Notes: generated by a model from the letters alone, not told the origin. DNA of 64,000 nt from Clostridia bacterium (GCA_045589295.1 JAZNOU010000005.1:114398-178397), one strand, 5' to 3'; shown: positions 20,000-29,681, counted from the first letter of the stretch. A program made the numbers and translations.

Positions 20000-21199
20000 T
20001 TATTCGACTTTCTTCATAGTTGCTTGTGTTTTCCCTACAGATTCTATTTCATACTTAAACCCATTTTCTATTCTTACATGATTATCGTATTGAACATTCC
20101 CCATTTTGAATATAATCTTGTCTCCATTCACTCTGTATGGAATTACTATTATATCCTGTCCACGTAGAATATCTGCCTCTTTCGATGTGTCTTCGGGTCT
20201 ATATGTAGAAAAGTCAATAGTAAATGTTCCGTTGGTTTTATATTCCCATATTGAGCCGTCAGGATTTTGCCATTTACCTATAATAGCTTTTTCTAAAGGC
20301 AATTTCGTTTCAGTAGGTTGATATGTTAAATCTTTTTTAGGATATATATAGATGTATCGTTTATTATCATCAGAACTATATGTATAGAAACAAACATTTC
20401 CTACAACAGCAATAGCTTTTTCTTCATTATCAATTATGGATTCTTTTAATACAGACCAAATCTTGTTTTCATAAAGACTTTCATCCAATTCAGGAAGCAA
20501 AGCCATAGAGATAAACTTGGTTTGTTCTCTTATGACATCTTTTTCGCTTGTCGACATATTATTGTATACATCATTATCAATTTTCCAAATTACACTGCTA
20601 ATATGATTTGAAAACTCATCTACGTAAACTCGTTGTTCGCTTATTACTGACGGAAAAAAGTTACGTGTTATCTTTGTACCATTATCATTTGTATAAAATC
20701 CTTCTATAGTTGAACTATAAAACGATGGAATAGTATATTTTGAGCTATTTGTATAATGTTCAGCTTCGACATAATAATTGTAATTGTCAATAAAATCCTC
20801 ATAATCAATATCAAAATACCTTTCACCATTTTCATCAACATTTATGTTAGCAAATCTATCAATACTTTTTGAGGCAGTTTCCAACTTATTGTTTTGTTGC
20901 GACATAGTTGCACCATTGTTATAATTATTCTGACCCACTTCTTTATTAGATTTGTTATTCAATGGTGTATTTAACCTCCACGCAACCAAAGCACATATTA
21001 TCAAAATGCATGTAGTTATTATAGTGTTTATAATCACTCTTTCTTTCTTTTTCCTCAATGCTGACTGCTTATCCTCATTTTTTTCGAGGGTGTTTGTGTA
21101 AGCATACACTTTGCCACATTCCGAACAGATATATCGTCCGTTGTAATTTACTATTTTCCCTTCACACTTAGTACAGATTAAAGATTTAATTTCTTGCAT
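20000..21199 (-). CDS. Zn-ribbon + single TM + extracellular domain protein
   Basis: CTKC...CSEC at N-terminus, one TM helix, C-terminal IIGKWQ (lipocalin/DUF5640-like). Confidence 0.7.
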   Translation of the reverse strand: MQEIKSLICTKCEGKIVNYNGRYICSECGKVYAYTNTLEKNEDKQSALRKKKERVIINTIITTCILIICALVAWRLNTPLNNKSNKEVGQNNYNNGATMSQQNNKLETASKSIDRFANINVDENGERYFDIDYEDFIDNYNYYVEAEHYTNSSKYTIPSFYSSTIEGFYTNDNGTKITRNFFPSVISEQRVYVDEFSNHISSVIWKIDNDVYNNMSTSEKDVIREQTKFISMALLPELDESLYENKIWSVLKESIIDNEEKAIAVVGNVCFYTYSSDDNKRYIYIYPKKDLTYQPTETKLPLEKAIIGKWQNPDGSIWEYKTNGTFTIDFSTYRPEDTSKEADILRGQDIIVIPYRVNGDKIIFKMGNVQYDNHVRIENGFKYEIESVGKTQATMKKVE

Positions 21200-21347
21200 T
21201 ACTTCTCCTCCTTAAACTTTATTCTTAAAAACCTTTCTCATATTATATCACACACTTTTTCGACATGCAACTATTTTTTAGTTCATATTTTGACTATATC
21301 GTTAAATAATAATATCAGTTAAAATTATATTATATGGAGGTGTTAGT

Positions 21348-21521
21348 ATGGATTTTATAATAAAAAAACCTACAAGTTCAAACCGAACAGTCAGAATGCC
21401 TGATGAGTTGATTGACAAAATTGGCAAACTCGCAAATGACAAGGGTATTTCCTTTAATCAGTTAGTTATTCAATGTTGCGAATTTGCATTGGAACACTTA
21501 AACGATAAGGAAAGCAAGTAA
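21348..21521 (+). CDS. ribbon-helix-helix (Arc/YlcI-like) DNA-binding protein, 57 aa (not in ORF track)
   Basis: MDFIIKKPTSSNRTVRMPDELIDKIGKLANDKGISFNQLVIQCCEFAL; RBS GGAGGTG. Confidence 0.8.
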   Translation: MDFIIKKPTSSNRTVRMPDELIDKIGKLANDKGISFNQLVIQCCEFALEHLNDKESK

Positions 21522-21546
21522 TATAACCAGCTCCTTCTATGTGTGG

Positions 21547-22341
21547 TTATATCCAATCTTCAAGTTCAGATACCATCCCTTTTTCAAAGGATTCCTTTTG
21601 AAAAGGGATGGTTTTTTGTTCTGTCTCATTTTCTTTGATTGCTGTAACCTTTAACTCTACTTTTACAGAATCATATTTATTTTCCATAATGACATTTCCA
21701 TAGGAGTCAATTATACCAATCCCATTTTCCCCCTCTGTGATATTGCAAACATTTTGACGGTTAATAACAATCGGATGGTTAAATATTTCCTTATACACCT
21801 TATATTCACCCTCTTGTGGATACAGATATGTACTATATCTTGCATCATAAAATACAGGTCCTTTTTCCGTATTTCCACAAAAGCAAAAACAAGACTCACT
21901 ATATGAGGTATATTCCTTTTTATAAATCTCTTTGCCCAATTCTCCGTATAAGATATACTGATACTTTTCATCTTTGCAATATAAAAACGGAGTTTCAACA
22001 ACAATGTCAACAAAATCCCGTGCTGTGTTTGTTGCTGAATTATAGTATCTTACTTTTTGGTCGTTACTGAAAATCAAATCATGACCGAATGTATCCAGCG
22101 TGTCATACTCACTTTCAGCAATAAAACATACTTTGTCTGTTTCTATTCTGACCGCTCCGATTTTACCTTTTTTATGTATAACAAATACGTTCTTTCCATA
22201 CATAAAAATATTATCATACTCAATTGGTAAAATACATAAGTTGTCAGTAAGGTTTTTAATTCCCATCATCCCGTTATCAGATATAACTTTAATACTGTTT
22301 AAAACTGATTTTTCAAACACATTCCTTCTGCTAAATAACAT
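21547..22341 (-). CDS. WG-repeat-like protein
   Basis: GMMGIKN...ILPIEYDNI, GKIGAV...ESEYD, GIGIIDSYGNVIMENKYD repeats. Confidence 0.6.
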   Translation of the reverse strand: MLFSRRNVFEKSVLNSIKVISDNGMMGIKNLTDNLCILPIEYDNIFMYGKNVFVIHKKGKIGAVRIETDKVCFIAESEYDTLDTFGHDLIFSNDQKVRYYNSATNTARDFVDIVVETPFLYCKDEKYQYILYGELGKEIYKKEYTSYSESCFCFCGNTEKGPVFYDARYSTYLYPQEGEYKVYKEIFNHPIVINRQNVCNITEGENGIGIIDSYGNVIMENKYDSVKVELKVTAIKENETEQKTIPFQKESFEKGMVSELEDWI

Positions 22342-22492
22342 AATATCCTCCCATTTTTATAATTGTAACTGCCATTTTTATAAATATAAACCAAGAGCAC
22401 ATAAATGTACATAGCCAAGTTACAAAAAAGACCGCCTATGTAATTATACTTTTAACTACATAGAAAGTCTTGGACATTTTGTCCACTTTTGT

Positions 22493-24037
22493 TTAATTAG
22501 GAATTATTCTGTTATCTTTTAATAAATACCCTGTGATATCACCTACATCTTCCCAAGTCACGTTTAGTTTTCTTATATTATTATTTATCCAAAATGCATA
22601 CCCTTTAGAGAACATCTCTCCTTCGCATAAGACAAATCCTGTTTTTTCATCATAGCTGATACACCAGGCTATACAATAATTAAAATTATTATAAATCTGT
22701 TCTCCTGCTACACCGATTACACCTTCATTAAGTCCTATTAAAAGTTCTGTTCCACCATCACCATCAAAGTCATAACAGATTATGTCAGCATTTTTTCTTA
22801 AATCATCCGAATAATCCTTAGAATATTCGTATTGGTTGTTAAAACTAAATTTATTACTGTATTTATGACCTTTGCTGTCATCTAACGATACAGATAAAAT
22901 CCCACCATTCAAAGTTATATCTGCATCTACAATAGTATTATTCTTTCCTATTTTTATTTTTCCGTTTTTATTTATATCTTCTAAAAGCAAAATATGTTCC
23001 CAAGGTTGTTGCATTGAGAAAACACAAACATTGGACAACAAGTTGTATTTTTTATACTCAGACTCTTTCTGTCCTTCTAAAAATCCGTAAAATGTTCCTT
23101 CGAAATCCAACTCCTTGTTTTCCTGATTCGTTACCTCTTTTTCCTCAGTTTTTTCAATAACTATATTATTTTTCTCAACCTCTGTTTCAGGCTCGTTTGT
23201 AACCTCAGATTCAGGCACATCTGTTTTAGTTTTCTGTTCTGTCTTTTTATCGTTGCCCTGTTGTGTTTTAACTTCTATTCCATTTTCATAATTCAAAAGG
23301 TTAATTATAATCAATGCTAATACAATTACTGAGAGTGCAAAAATGAAGAGATATTTTAACGAGTTAAGTGTTATCGCTCTTTTTACCGCTTTCACACTTT
23401 GATATCTTTCAGACGGGTCAAGCCTTTTACACTTTTCTGCTACCTTATATAAAAAGCCTTTTATATTTATGTAATCAAGAAGTGTTTTTAAAGTTACACC
23501 AAACGCATATATATCTGTTTTAAAATCAGTAGGAAGCATACCATATTGTTCAATAGGTGCATATCCAAATGTACCTATTGTTTCGGTATCACGTCGTACT
23601 TCTTTTCGGTAAATTCGTGCAATATCATAATCTGTCAACCATATGTGGTCTGATTCATCAATCAGAATATTGTCAGGTTTAATATCTCTATGTATTATGT
23701 CGTATTCGTGGAGTTTATCAAGAGCTGATAAAAGTTGATTAGATATAGAATATATCTGCTTTTTACTTAACTTTTTGCCCTGTGCCATATAATCACTTAA
23801 AGACATACCTTTAACATATTCTTCAATAACTATAGTGTCTGTATCAAATCCGACATAATAAATCTTTGGAATACTTTCGTGATTTATCTTTTTAAGTAAT
23901 TTATATATTTCTCTTTTGTCACCGCTTATTACTCGTTTTAAATATCTCTTTTTGTCAGAGCCTTCCATCAATAAAATTTTTTGACGTTCACTCTGCCTTA
24001 TTATTTCTATTTCCCTTATGGAGTCTATATCGAACAT
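22493..24037 (-). CDS. membrane-anchored Hanks-type Ser/Thr protein kinase
   Basis: IIHRDIKPDNI, DYDIAR, GTFGYAPIEQ, TDIYAFG, TM helix, extracellular C-terminus. Confidence 0.9.
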   Translation of the reverse strand: MFDIDSIREIEIIRQSERQKILLMEGSDKKRYLKRVISGDKREIYKLLKKINHESIPKIYYVGFDTDTIVIEEYVKGMSLSDYMAQGKKLSKKQIYSISNQLLSALDKLHEYDIIHRDIKPDNILIDESDHIWLTDYDIARIYRKEVRRDTETIGTFGYAPIEQYGMLPTDFKTDIYAFGVTLKTLLDYINIKGFLYKVAEKCKRLDPSERYQSVKAVKRAITLNSLKYLFIFALSVIVLALIIINLLNYENGIEVKTQQGNDKKTEQKTKTDVPESEVTNEPETEVEKNNIVIEKTEEKEVTNQENKELDFEGTFYGFLEGQKESEYKKYNLLSNVCVFSMQQPWEHILLLEDINKNGKIKIGKNNTIVDADITLNGGILSVSLDDSKGHKYSNKFSFNNQYEYSKDYSDDLRKNADIICYDFDGDGGTELLIGLNEGVIGVAGEQIYNNFNYCIAWCISYDEKTGFVLCEGEMFSKGYAFWINNNIRKLNVTWEDVGDITGYLLKDNRIIPN

Positions 24038-24108
24038 TTTAGACAACTCCTTGCATATTTCGACAATGTATACTATAATAATTATAGTAAATTCAGGGAG
24101 GATTGTCA

Positions 24109-24528
24109 ATGTATACAATAACAGATGAATTACTAAAAGAACTCAAAAACGCATCAGATATAGAATCGTTTTTCAAATCTCATGAGAATCAGTTTATAAA
24201 CGAAACAACATCAAGTTATCTAAATAAAATGCTCGAATTAAGAAATATAAATATTTCTGCTATTGCAAAAAATTCAGGTACAGGTGAGTATGTATATAAG
24301 ATATTCAGAGGTGACAGAACCGCTTCCCGTGATATTTTAATTTCTATCGCTTTTAGTATGAAATTATCTTTAGAAGAAACTCAGTTGCTACTTCGAATTT
24401 CTAAATTCGCCATACTTGATTCACGTAACAAAAGAGATAGTATTATAATATATGGTCTAACTCACAATTTAACTGTTTTTCAAGCAGATGATTTGTTAGA
24501 AGAACAAAATATGACAACATTAAATTGA
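24109..24528 (+). CDS. XRE-like HTH regulator, divergent from kinase
   Basis: ISAIAKNSG...YVYKIFRGDRTASRDILISIAF...LSLEETQLLL. Confidence 0.75.
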   Translation: MYTITDELLKELKNASDIESFFKSHENQFINETTSSYLNKMLELRNINISAIAKNSGTGEYVYKIFRGDRTASRDILISIAFSMKLSLEETQLLLRISKFAILDSRNKRDSIIIYGLTHNLTVFQADDLLEEQNMTTLN

Positions 24529-24541
24529 TTTATACAAATGC

Positions 24542-25117
24542 TCATAAATTTACCGCATTGTAACAATCTATAATCACTTTTTGAGTAATACCTATATATC
24601 TTAATGTAATTGCACTCGATGAATGATTTAGGAGTTTTTGAAGTGTTTCTAATGGTACATTATTAATGTATCTGTGATATGCCATAGTCTTTCTTAATGT
24701 ATGTGTACCGAAATTACCTTTAATCCCTAAATCCTTTGTAAGTGTTTTAATGATATGATGCAGAGGTCTTACTCCTAAATGACTACCCTTTCGACTTTTA
24801 AATAAAAAATCCTCCATATCATAGTTTGCTAAAGAGTTAAGATATACCTGTATCGCACCTTTAGCATTTTTATTTAATGCGAAATTCCTTGTTTTTCCTG
24901 TTTTCTGTTCTTTAATAGTTACTGTATCAAATATTATATTTCCATCTGTAACATCATTAATTTTTAATGATAATAAATCTCCTGCTCTTAATCCAACATT
25001 GATTCCAACAACAAATATACAGTAATCTCTCTTATTTTCTTTTCCGTATAAATATTGCTTGATTTTGTTAATATCTCTTGTGTTTTTAATTGGTTCAACC
25101 TCTTTTGGTAATGTCAT
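24542..25117 (-). CDS. small tyrosine recombinase (catalytic domain only)
   Basis: GLRAGD, KEQKTGK, HTLRKT, LLNHSS...TLRYIG. Confidence 0.92.
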   Translation of the reverse strand: MTLPKEVEPIKNTRDINKIKQYLYGKENKRDYCIFVVGINVGLRAGDLLSLKINDVTDGNIIFDTVTIKEQKTGKTRNFALNKNAKGAIQVYLNSLANYDMEDFLFKSRKGSHLGVRPLHHIIKTLTKDLGIKGNFGTHTLRKTMAYHRYINNVPLETLQKLLNHSSSAITLRYIGITQKVIIDCYNAVNL

Positions 25118-25429
25118 ATGTTTAATCTCCTTTTTCAGTTGTAACTTAATTTTTTACAATTATATATCGCGTGTGTGAAAAAGTACACCGTTTTTCACAT
25201 AAAGAAAAATATTACCTTTTGCCCATTTAATGAACATAAGGTAATATTCAAAACTTGTTTTTATTAAATTTTAAACCTCACATTTCCCGAAACCATTACA
25301 AGAGTTAAGTTTGAGATGTTTGTGTGAATGATACCTTTTGTTAAAAGGTATTATTCGTTGACAATTAAACATTGAAAGAATCTAAAATTTTTGATATACT
25401 TTATACATAAATGTATAGGAGGAATTTGC

Positions 25430-26347
25430 TTGAATCTTTTCATAATTGGAAACGGATTTGATTTGGCTCACAACTTGCCAACACAATATATGAACTTTAG
25501 AGAATATTTAGAGGAAAGAGATTGGAACTTTCTTATGATGTTAGAAGAAACATATGGATTTTGTTCAGATAGCAACATAGAATATCTAAAAGAATATTTA
25601 TGGCAGAATTTTGAAACCAATTTGTCCTACATCAATGAAACAGAAATAATAGAACTCGGCTCACATATTGACTTAGGATTAGAAGGTGGTGATTTTGGAG
25701 TAGAAGAAACGTTAGATTATTATTGGGAAAACCAATATGGCTACATAAAAAAATTAAATGAATATTTATATTCTTGGATAAATCAAATTGATATTAATGT
25801 TGATAGAAAGACAAATTTTATTAACGAAGAAAACTATGATTTATTCATAAATTTTAATTATACACTATTGTTAGAAGAACTATATAATATAGATTCATAT
25901 GATATTCTCCATATTCACGGCTCCGTATATCCTCACGACACACCGCCGATTATAGGACACGGAGATTATAAGAAAATAGAAGAAATGTCATCAAAAGTTT
26001 CTGAATATTCAAATGTAAATATGGAAAAGGAAACGAGCATATATAATGCTGTTCGTAATTTTTATGAAAGAACTTTTAAGGATGTAAAACACTACATACG
26101 GTGGAACGAGAATTTTTTTGTTAGATTAAAGGAAATTGAACAAGTGTTTATTGTAGGTCATTCCTTTGGTGATGTGGATTTACCCTACTTTAAAGAGATA
26201 TTGTCTTATGTTCCTAAAAACGCACAATGGAATGTATATTATTATAAACCTGAAGAAGAATTATTTTTTAAAGATAAACTGATTGAAATTGGAATTAATG
26301 AAGAGAATATAAAGATGTATCATACATCAACATTTTTTAATATGTAA
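25430..26347 (+). CDS. abiH: AbiH-family abortive infection protein (SIR2-like fold)
   Basis: LFIIGNGFDLAHNLPT, FNYT, HIHG, IIGHG, VGHSFGDVDLPYF; TTG start after AGGAGG. Confidence 0.88.
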   Translation: MNLFIIGNGFDLAHNLPTQYMNFREYLEERDWNFLMMLEETYGFCSDSNIEYLKEYLWQNFETNLSYINETEIIELGSHIDLGLEGGDFGVEETLDYYWENQYGYIKKLNEYLYSWINQIDINVDRKTNFINEENYDLFINFNYTLLLEELYNIDSYDILHIHGSVYPHDTPPIIGHGDYKKIEEMSSKVSEYSNVNMEKETSIYNAVRNFYERTFKDVKHYIRWNENFFVRLKEIEQVFIVGHSFGDVDLPYFKEILSYVPKNAQWNVYYYKPEEELFFKDKLIEIGINEENIKMYHTSTFFNM

Positions 26348-26436
26348 ACTATTATTATATGCAGCTAACGGATTATTACATTTGGAATTATATAACTAAA
26401 GATATGAATAAAAACTCTATCAAGGAGGGAGTACAT

Positions 26437-28065
26437 ATGAATAAAATTGAAAACACATATTATCAAAAATCTAATATCGAATATCTTAAAAATATATACG
26501 GAAAAGAACTTTGGGTTCAAGTCTCTGGACGCAGAGATTTAAATGGAGCCGTTGCAAGCTTTTGGACAGGATTAGTTTATTTGGATGATTTAGATAAAAT
26601 TACTCAAAAATCAGATTGGGAGGCTCATATTGGAACACAGGCTCCTGGTTTTGTCGAATATGGTAATGGTGATATAGAGTATGAGAAAATCTCAGCTTCG
26701 AATATTTATTGTGAACACATTGTAAACTATAGAGATTTTTATGGCATAAAGCCTGAATATGTTGAAGTTGTCGATGAATTTAGACTCCTTAACAATTTAT
26801 ATCATGATTTCCAATCTAACACACTTTACGCAATTAAGGATAATGGAATTTGTGATGAAGTAGTTAAAATTGAAAATAATACGAATGTTTTTATAAAGCT
26901 AAAGTATTTAATCAATTATGCAACGGCTAAACAAATGGCTTTACTACTGTTTTTTGATATTGACCAGCAAATTTCTGGAACATTGGAAAAAAATCAATTA
27001 AAAAAATTTTCTGATAGTCATATTGGTAAAGATATTGTATACAGCATTTGGGGAGATGAAATGGGAGGGAGTAATTATGTATATAGTATCTTAATGGGTA
27101 AAAAGATAATTATGCCTAAACCAATTAATGAATGTGGTTATTGGCCATATGAGAAAGAATATGAATATTTAGACTTTATTATTGGAAATGATGAATACGG
27201 TGAAAACAAAACATTTACATCTAATCCTAACAAATTAGCCAACTACTTCGGTGCAAATCCAGATGCCCCTCACTATTTAACACCTGTTTTCTTTAATAAA
27301 GAAGTATTGCAAAAATACTTATCTTCTGATATTTATAGCATAGAAGATGGTTACTTAAGATGTCGCGGACTTTGGGGCTTAAGAATGGATAACCATCATA
27401 AAGACTATGTAGTTGTTTACTTGGGAGATTTAGGCAAAGAATTACCTTATGAAGAACAACACCATTGGAAAAATTATAATATTGTTTCTGACGATACGAT
27501 TAGTAATGCAAAATTCAAAAGAGATTTCTTAGGAATTCCAAGCAACGCTGAAATTTCTGATTTAAAATTCAAAGCAGATTTTTCATGTTTTCAAAAACAA
27601 TGGTACAATAAATTTGGATGGTATTTATTTTTACCGCTTACCTCTGATGATGAATATAATTTTAGTAAAATACATATTCCAATCGTGAATACACAAGATG
27701 AATTTGACCATTTAGTATTGTCATTAGTAAAAACAATTATTGATTCACTTAACGAAAAAGAAATAAAAAAATTAGTGAAAGACACATTGGATAAAAAGAG
27801 TGGTCAAGAATTAAAAGGAAGTATATCTAAACTTGAAAGATGGTTTGAAGAAAGTAATCTTACAGACTATATTGAACACATAGAATTTTTAAGGAATTTG
27901 CAAAATCTACGTTCTGCCGGAACAGGACATCGAAAAGGAAGCAACTATGATAAAATTTCAAAAGAGTTTGATTTAGATACTGAAAGTTACACAAATGTAT
28001 TTGATTCGATATTAGAAAAGACAAATATGTTTTTAAGTTACTTAACCAATACCTTTTTAGCATAA
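26437..28065 (+). CDS. hypothetical protein with C-terminal HEPN-like motif
   Basis: LRNLQNLRSAGTGHRKG (R-x5-H) in helical C-terminus; RBS AAGGAGG. Confidence 0.55.
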   Translation: MNKIENTYYQKSNIEYLKNIYGKELWVQVSGRRDLNGAVASFWTGLVYLDDLDKITQKSDWEAHIGTQAPGFVEYGNGDIEYEKISASNIYCEHIVNYRDFYGIKPEYVEVVDEFRLLNNLYHDFQSNTLYAIKDNGICDEVVKIENNTNVFIKLKYLINYATAKQMALLLFFDIDQQISGTLEKNQLKKFSDSHIGKDIVYSIWGDEMGGSNYVYSILMGKKIIMPKPINECGYWPYEKEYEYLDFIIGNDEYGENKTFTSNPNKLANYFGANPDAPHYLTPVFFNKEVLQKYLSSDIYSIEDGYLRCRGLWGLRMDNHHKDYVVVYLGDLGKELPYEEQHHWKNYNIVSDDTISNAKFKRDFLGIPSNAEISDLKFKADFSCFQKQWYNKFGWYLFLPLTSDDEYNFSKIHIPIVNTQDEFDHLVLSLVKTIIDSLNEKEIKKLVKDTLDKKSGQELKGSISKLERWFEESNLTDYIEHIEFLRNLQNLRSAGTGHRKGSNYDKISKEFDLDTESYTNVFDSILEKTNMFLSYLTNTFLA

Positions 28066-28083
28066 ATTTTAAAGGAGATACAA

Positions 28084-28656
28084 ATGGAATTTTATGAAAT
28101 TATGATTAACCTATCTATAGGAATAACGGGCGGTATATTTTCTAGTATTATTGTTTCACGTATCTTTTTAATACATTCTTCGCATTCAGAACAATTAGCA
28201 AGAGTGCAAGAGCATTTTGAAAATACTTACAGATTGAGTGGAACATTACTTTTTTATATGTATGCATTTCAAAAAGATGAGAATAATTTTGACGATGATA
28301 CTATTAATCGCTTTAACGACGCATTGCTAAAAGATATACACGAAGTATCAAAACAAGAATGCGAAAAATTTCGGTATATGATTTTCGATGACTTAGAAAT
28401 AGAATTATATAAAATCGCTGTTAATTTAAACGATTTAATGGAAGGAACACTATCATTAAATAAAGTCGATATATCTATAGTAAGAAAACTTCATAAAGAC
28501 TTATTTGATATACAAGATAGATTTAAAAAGTATAAGATAACTAACAACAAGCATTTTGTGACAAAAATAAAAAAGGACAAAATATTACGAATACTCATTC
28601 TTGCTTTGGTTATAATACTCATTTCAACAATAATATCTTGTATATGTGCTAAATAG
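28084..28656 (+). CDS. hypothetical protein with N- and C-terminal TM helices
   Basis: hydrophobic ends, charged helical middle; RBS AAGGAG. Confidence 0.7.
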   Translation: MEFYEIMINLSIGITGGIFSSIIVSRIFLIHSSHSEQLARVQEHFENTYRLSGTLLFYMYAFQKDENNFDDDTINRFNDALLKDIHEVSKQECEKFRYMIFDDLEIELYKIAVNLNDLMEGTLSLNKVDISIVRKLHKDLFDIQDRFKKYKITNNKHFVTKIKKDKILRILILALVIILISTIISCICAK

Positions 28657-28737
28657 AAGTTTATCAATGCAATCAAATATTACAGCTGTATTTTGCTATT
28701 AAAACGCAAAATTATTCATAATAAGAATAATTTACAA

Positions 28738-28818
28738 GAGTTTACTCTATATCCAACGTGGTAGAGTACTTCGTTCGGGACGAAGGGGCCGCAGGTTCAA
28801 ATCCTGTCACCTCGACCA
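28738..28818 (+). repeat. attR: element P arm fused to 3' part of tRNA-Pro(CGG)
   Basis: GAGTTTACTCTATATCCAACGTG then GTAGAGTAC...CTCGACCA; 28759-28818 identical to 13135-13194. Confidence 0.9.
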
Positions 28819-28979
28819 GTCGAGAGCCTCGACACGCATTATCGCGTACCGAGGTTCTTTTTAATTTTATATTTTCGTTCACGCGTTCAAGCTTGACACG
28901 TTATGAACACTCGCACCACGTCGGAACAAGTTTTGCTTGTTCCAATTTTTTTATGCGTATTATGTATAAACTGTTTTTC

Positions 28980-29681
28980 TTATATAAGTTTTGATACAAT
29001 ATTTACAATGTGATAAATAATAGGTGCAAATATAATCGCAGGCAATAAATCTGCCACCTTGATTTTTGTGATACCCATTAAATTTGTTCCTATCATGATA
29101 ATCAGAATCGAACCTACACATGTCATTTCGTTAATTGCTCCTGCACTCATAAAAGGTGATATAAGTCCCGCAAGAACAACAAGCCCGCCTTGTATAGTAA
29201 AGACGGACACAGACGCTAAAAGCACGCCAACTCCAAGACTTGATGCAAGCATCATTGAAGATACAAAGTCAAGCATTGCCTTTGTAATAAGTACTGAGTT
29301 ATCTCCTGTAAGTCCCGCTTGAATTGAGCCTGTAACTGTCATTGAGCCAACACAGAATAGAAGTGTTGAAGTTACAAACCCCTCCGCGATTGAAATAATT
29401 TGACCTTCTTTTTTGAATTTTGTTTCTACACCCTTTGCAAGCCGGTTTATTGCGCCGTCAATATTTAAAAGTGTTCCCGAAATTGCACCTAAAACGATTG
29501 ATGAAATCACAATAAGGACATTATTGCCACATAAACTGCCCGATATTCCTATATACAAGGTACATGCCCCCAAGCCAGTCATAACTGCTGAGTTCACTTT
29601 TTCAGGTATTCCCTTTTTAAACAATAATCCTATACATGAACCGAGTATTACGGTTATAATATTTACAATAACTCCCAACAT
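28980..29681 (-). CDS. DUF554 (YdfK-like) membrane protein
   Basis: MLGVIVN...GF..STLLFCVGSM.V.GSI.AGL.GD pattern. Confidence 0.88.
   Translation of the reverse strand: MLGVIVNIITVILGSCIGLLFKKGIPEKVNSAVMTGLGACTLYIGISGSLCGNNVLIVISSIVLGAISGTLLNIDGAINRLAKGVETKFKKEGQIISIAEGFVTSTLLFCVGSMTVTGSIQAGLTGDNSVLITKAMLDFVSSMMLASSLGVGVLLASVSVFTIQGGLVVLAGLISPFMSAGAINEMTCVGSILIIMIGTNLMGITKIKVADLLPAIIFAPIIYHIVNIVSKLI

Larger units (their letters stand above)
12863..28760. mobile_element. integrative element with large serine recombinase and HUH Rep, inserted in the D-loop of tRNA-Pro(CGG)
   Basis: tRNA halves at 12840-12862 and 28759-28818; element ends join into an imperfect inverted-repeat attP; serine recombinase, Rep and defence cargo inside. 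Confidence 0.88.

Noticed and set aside
13135-28818. Conventional island bounded by a 60-bp tRNA 3' duplication made by the tyrosine recombinase
   Set aside because: Does not explain the orphan tRNA 5' end with promoter at 12840 or the inverted arms; the tyrosine recombinase lacks an arm-binding domain. Not formally excluded.
28758-28994. 78-aa ORF at attR
   Set aside because: Translation of the tRNA 3' half and terminator.
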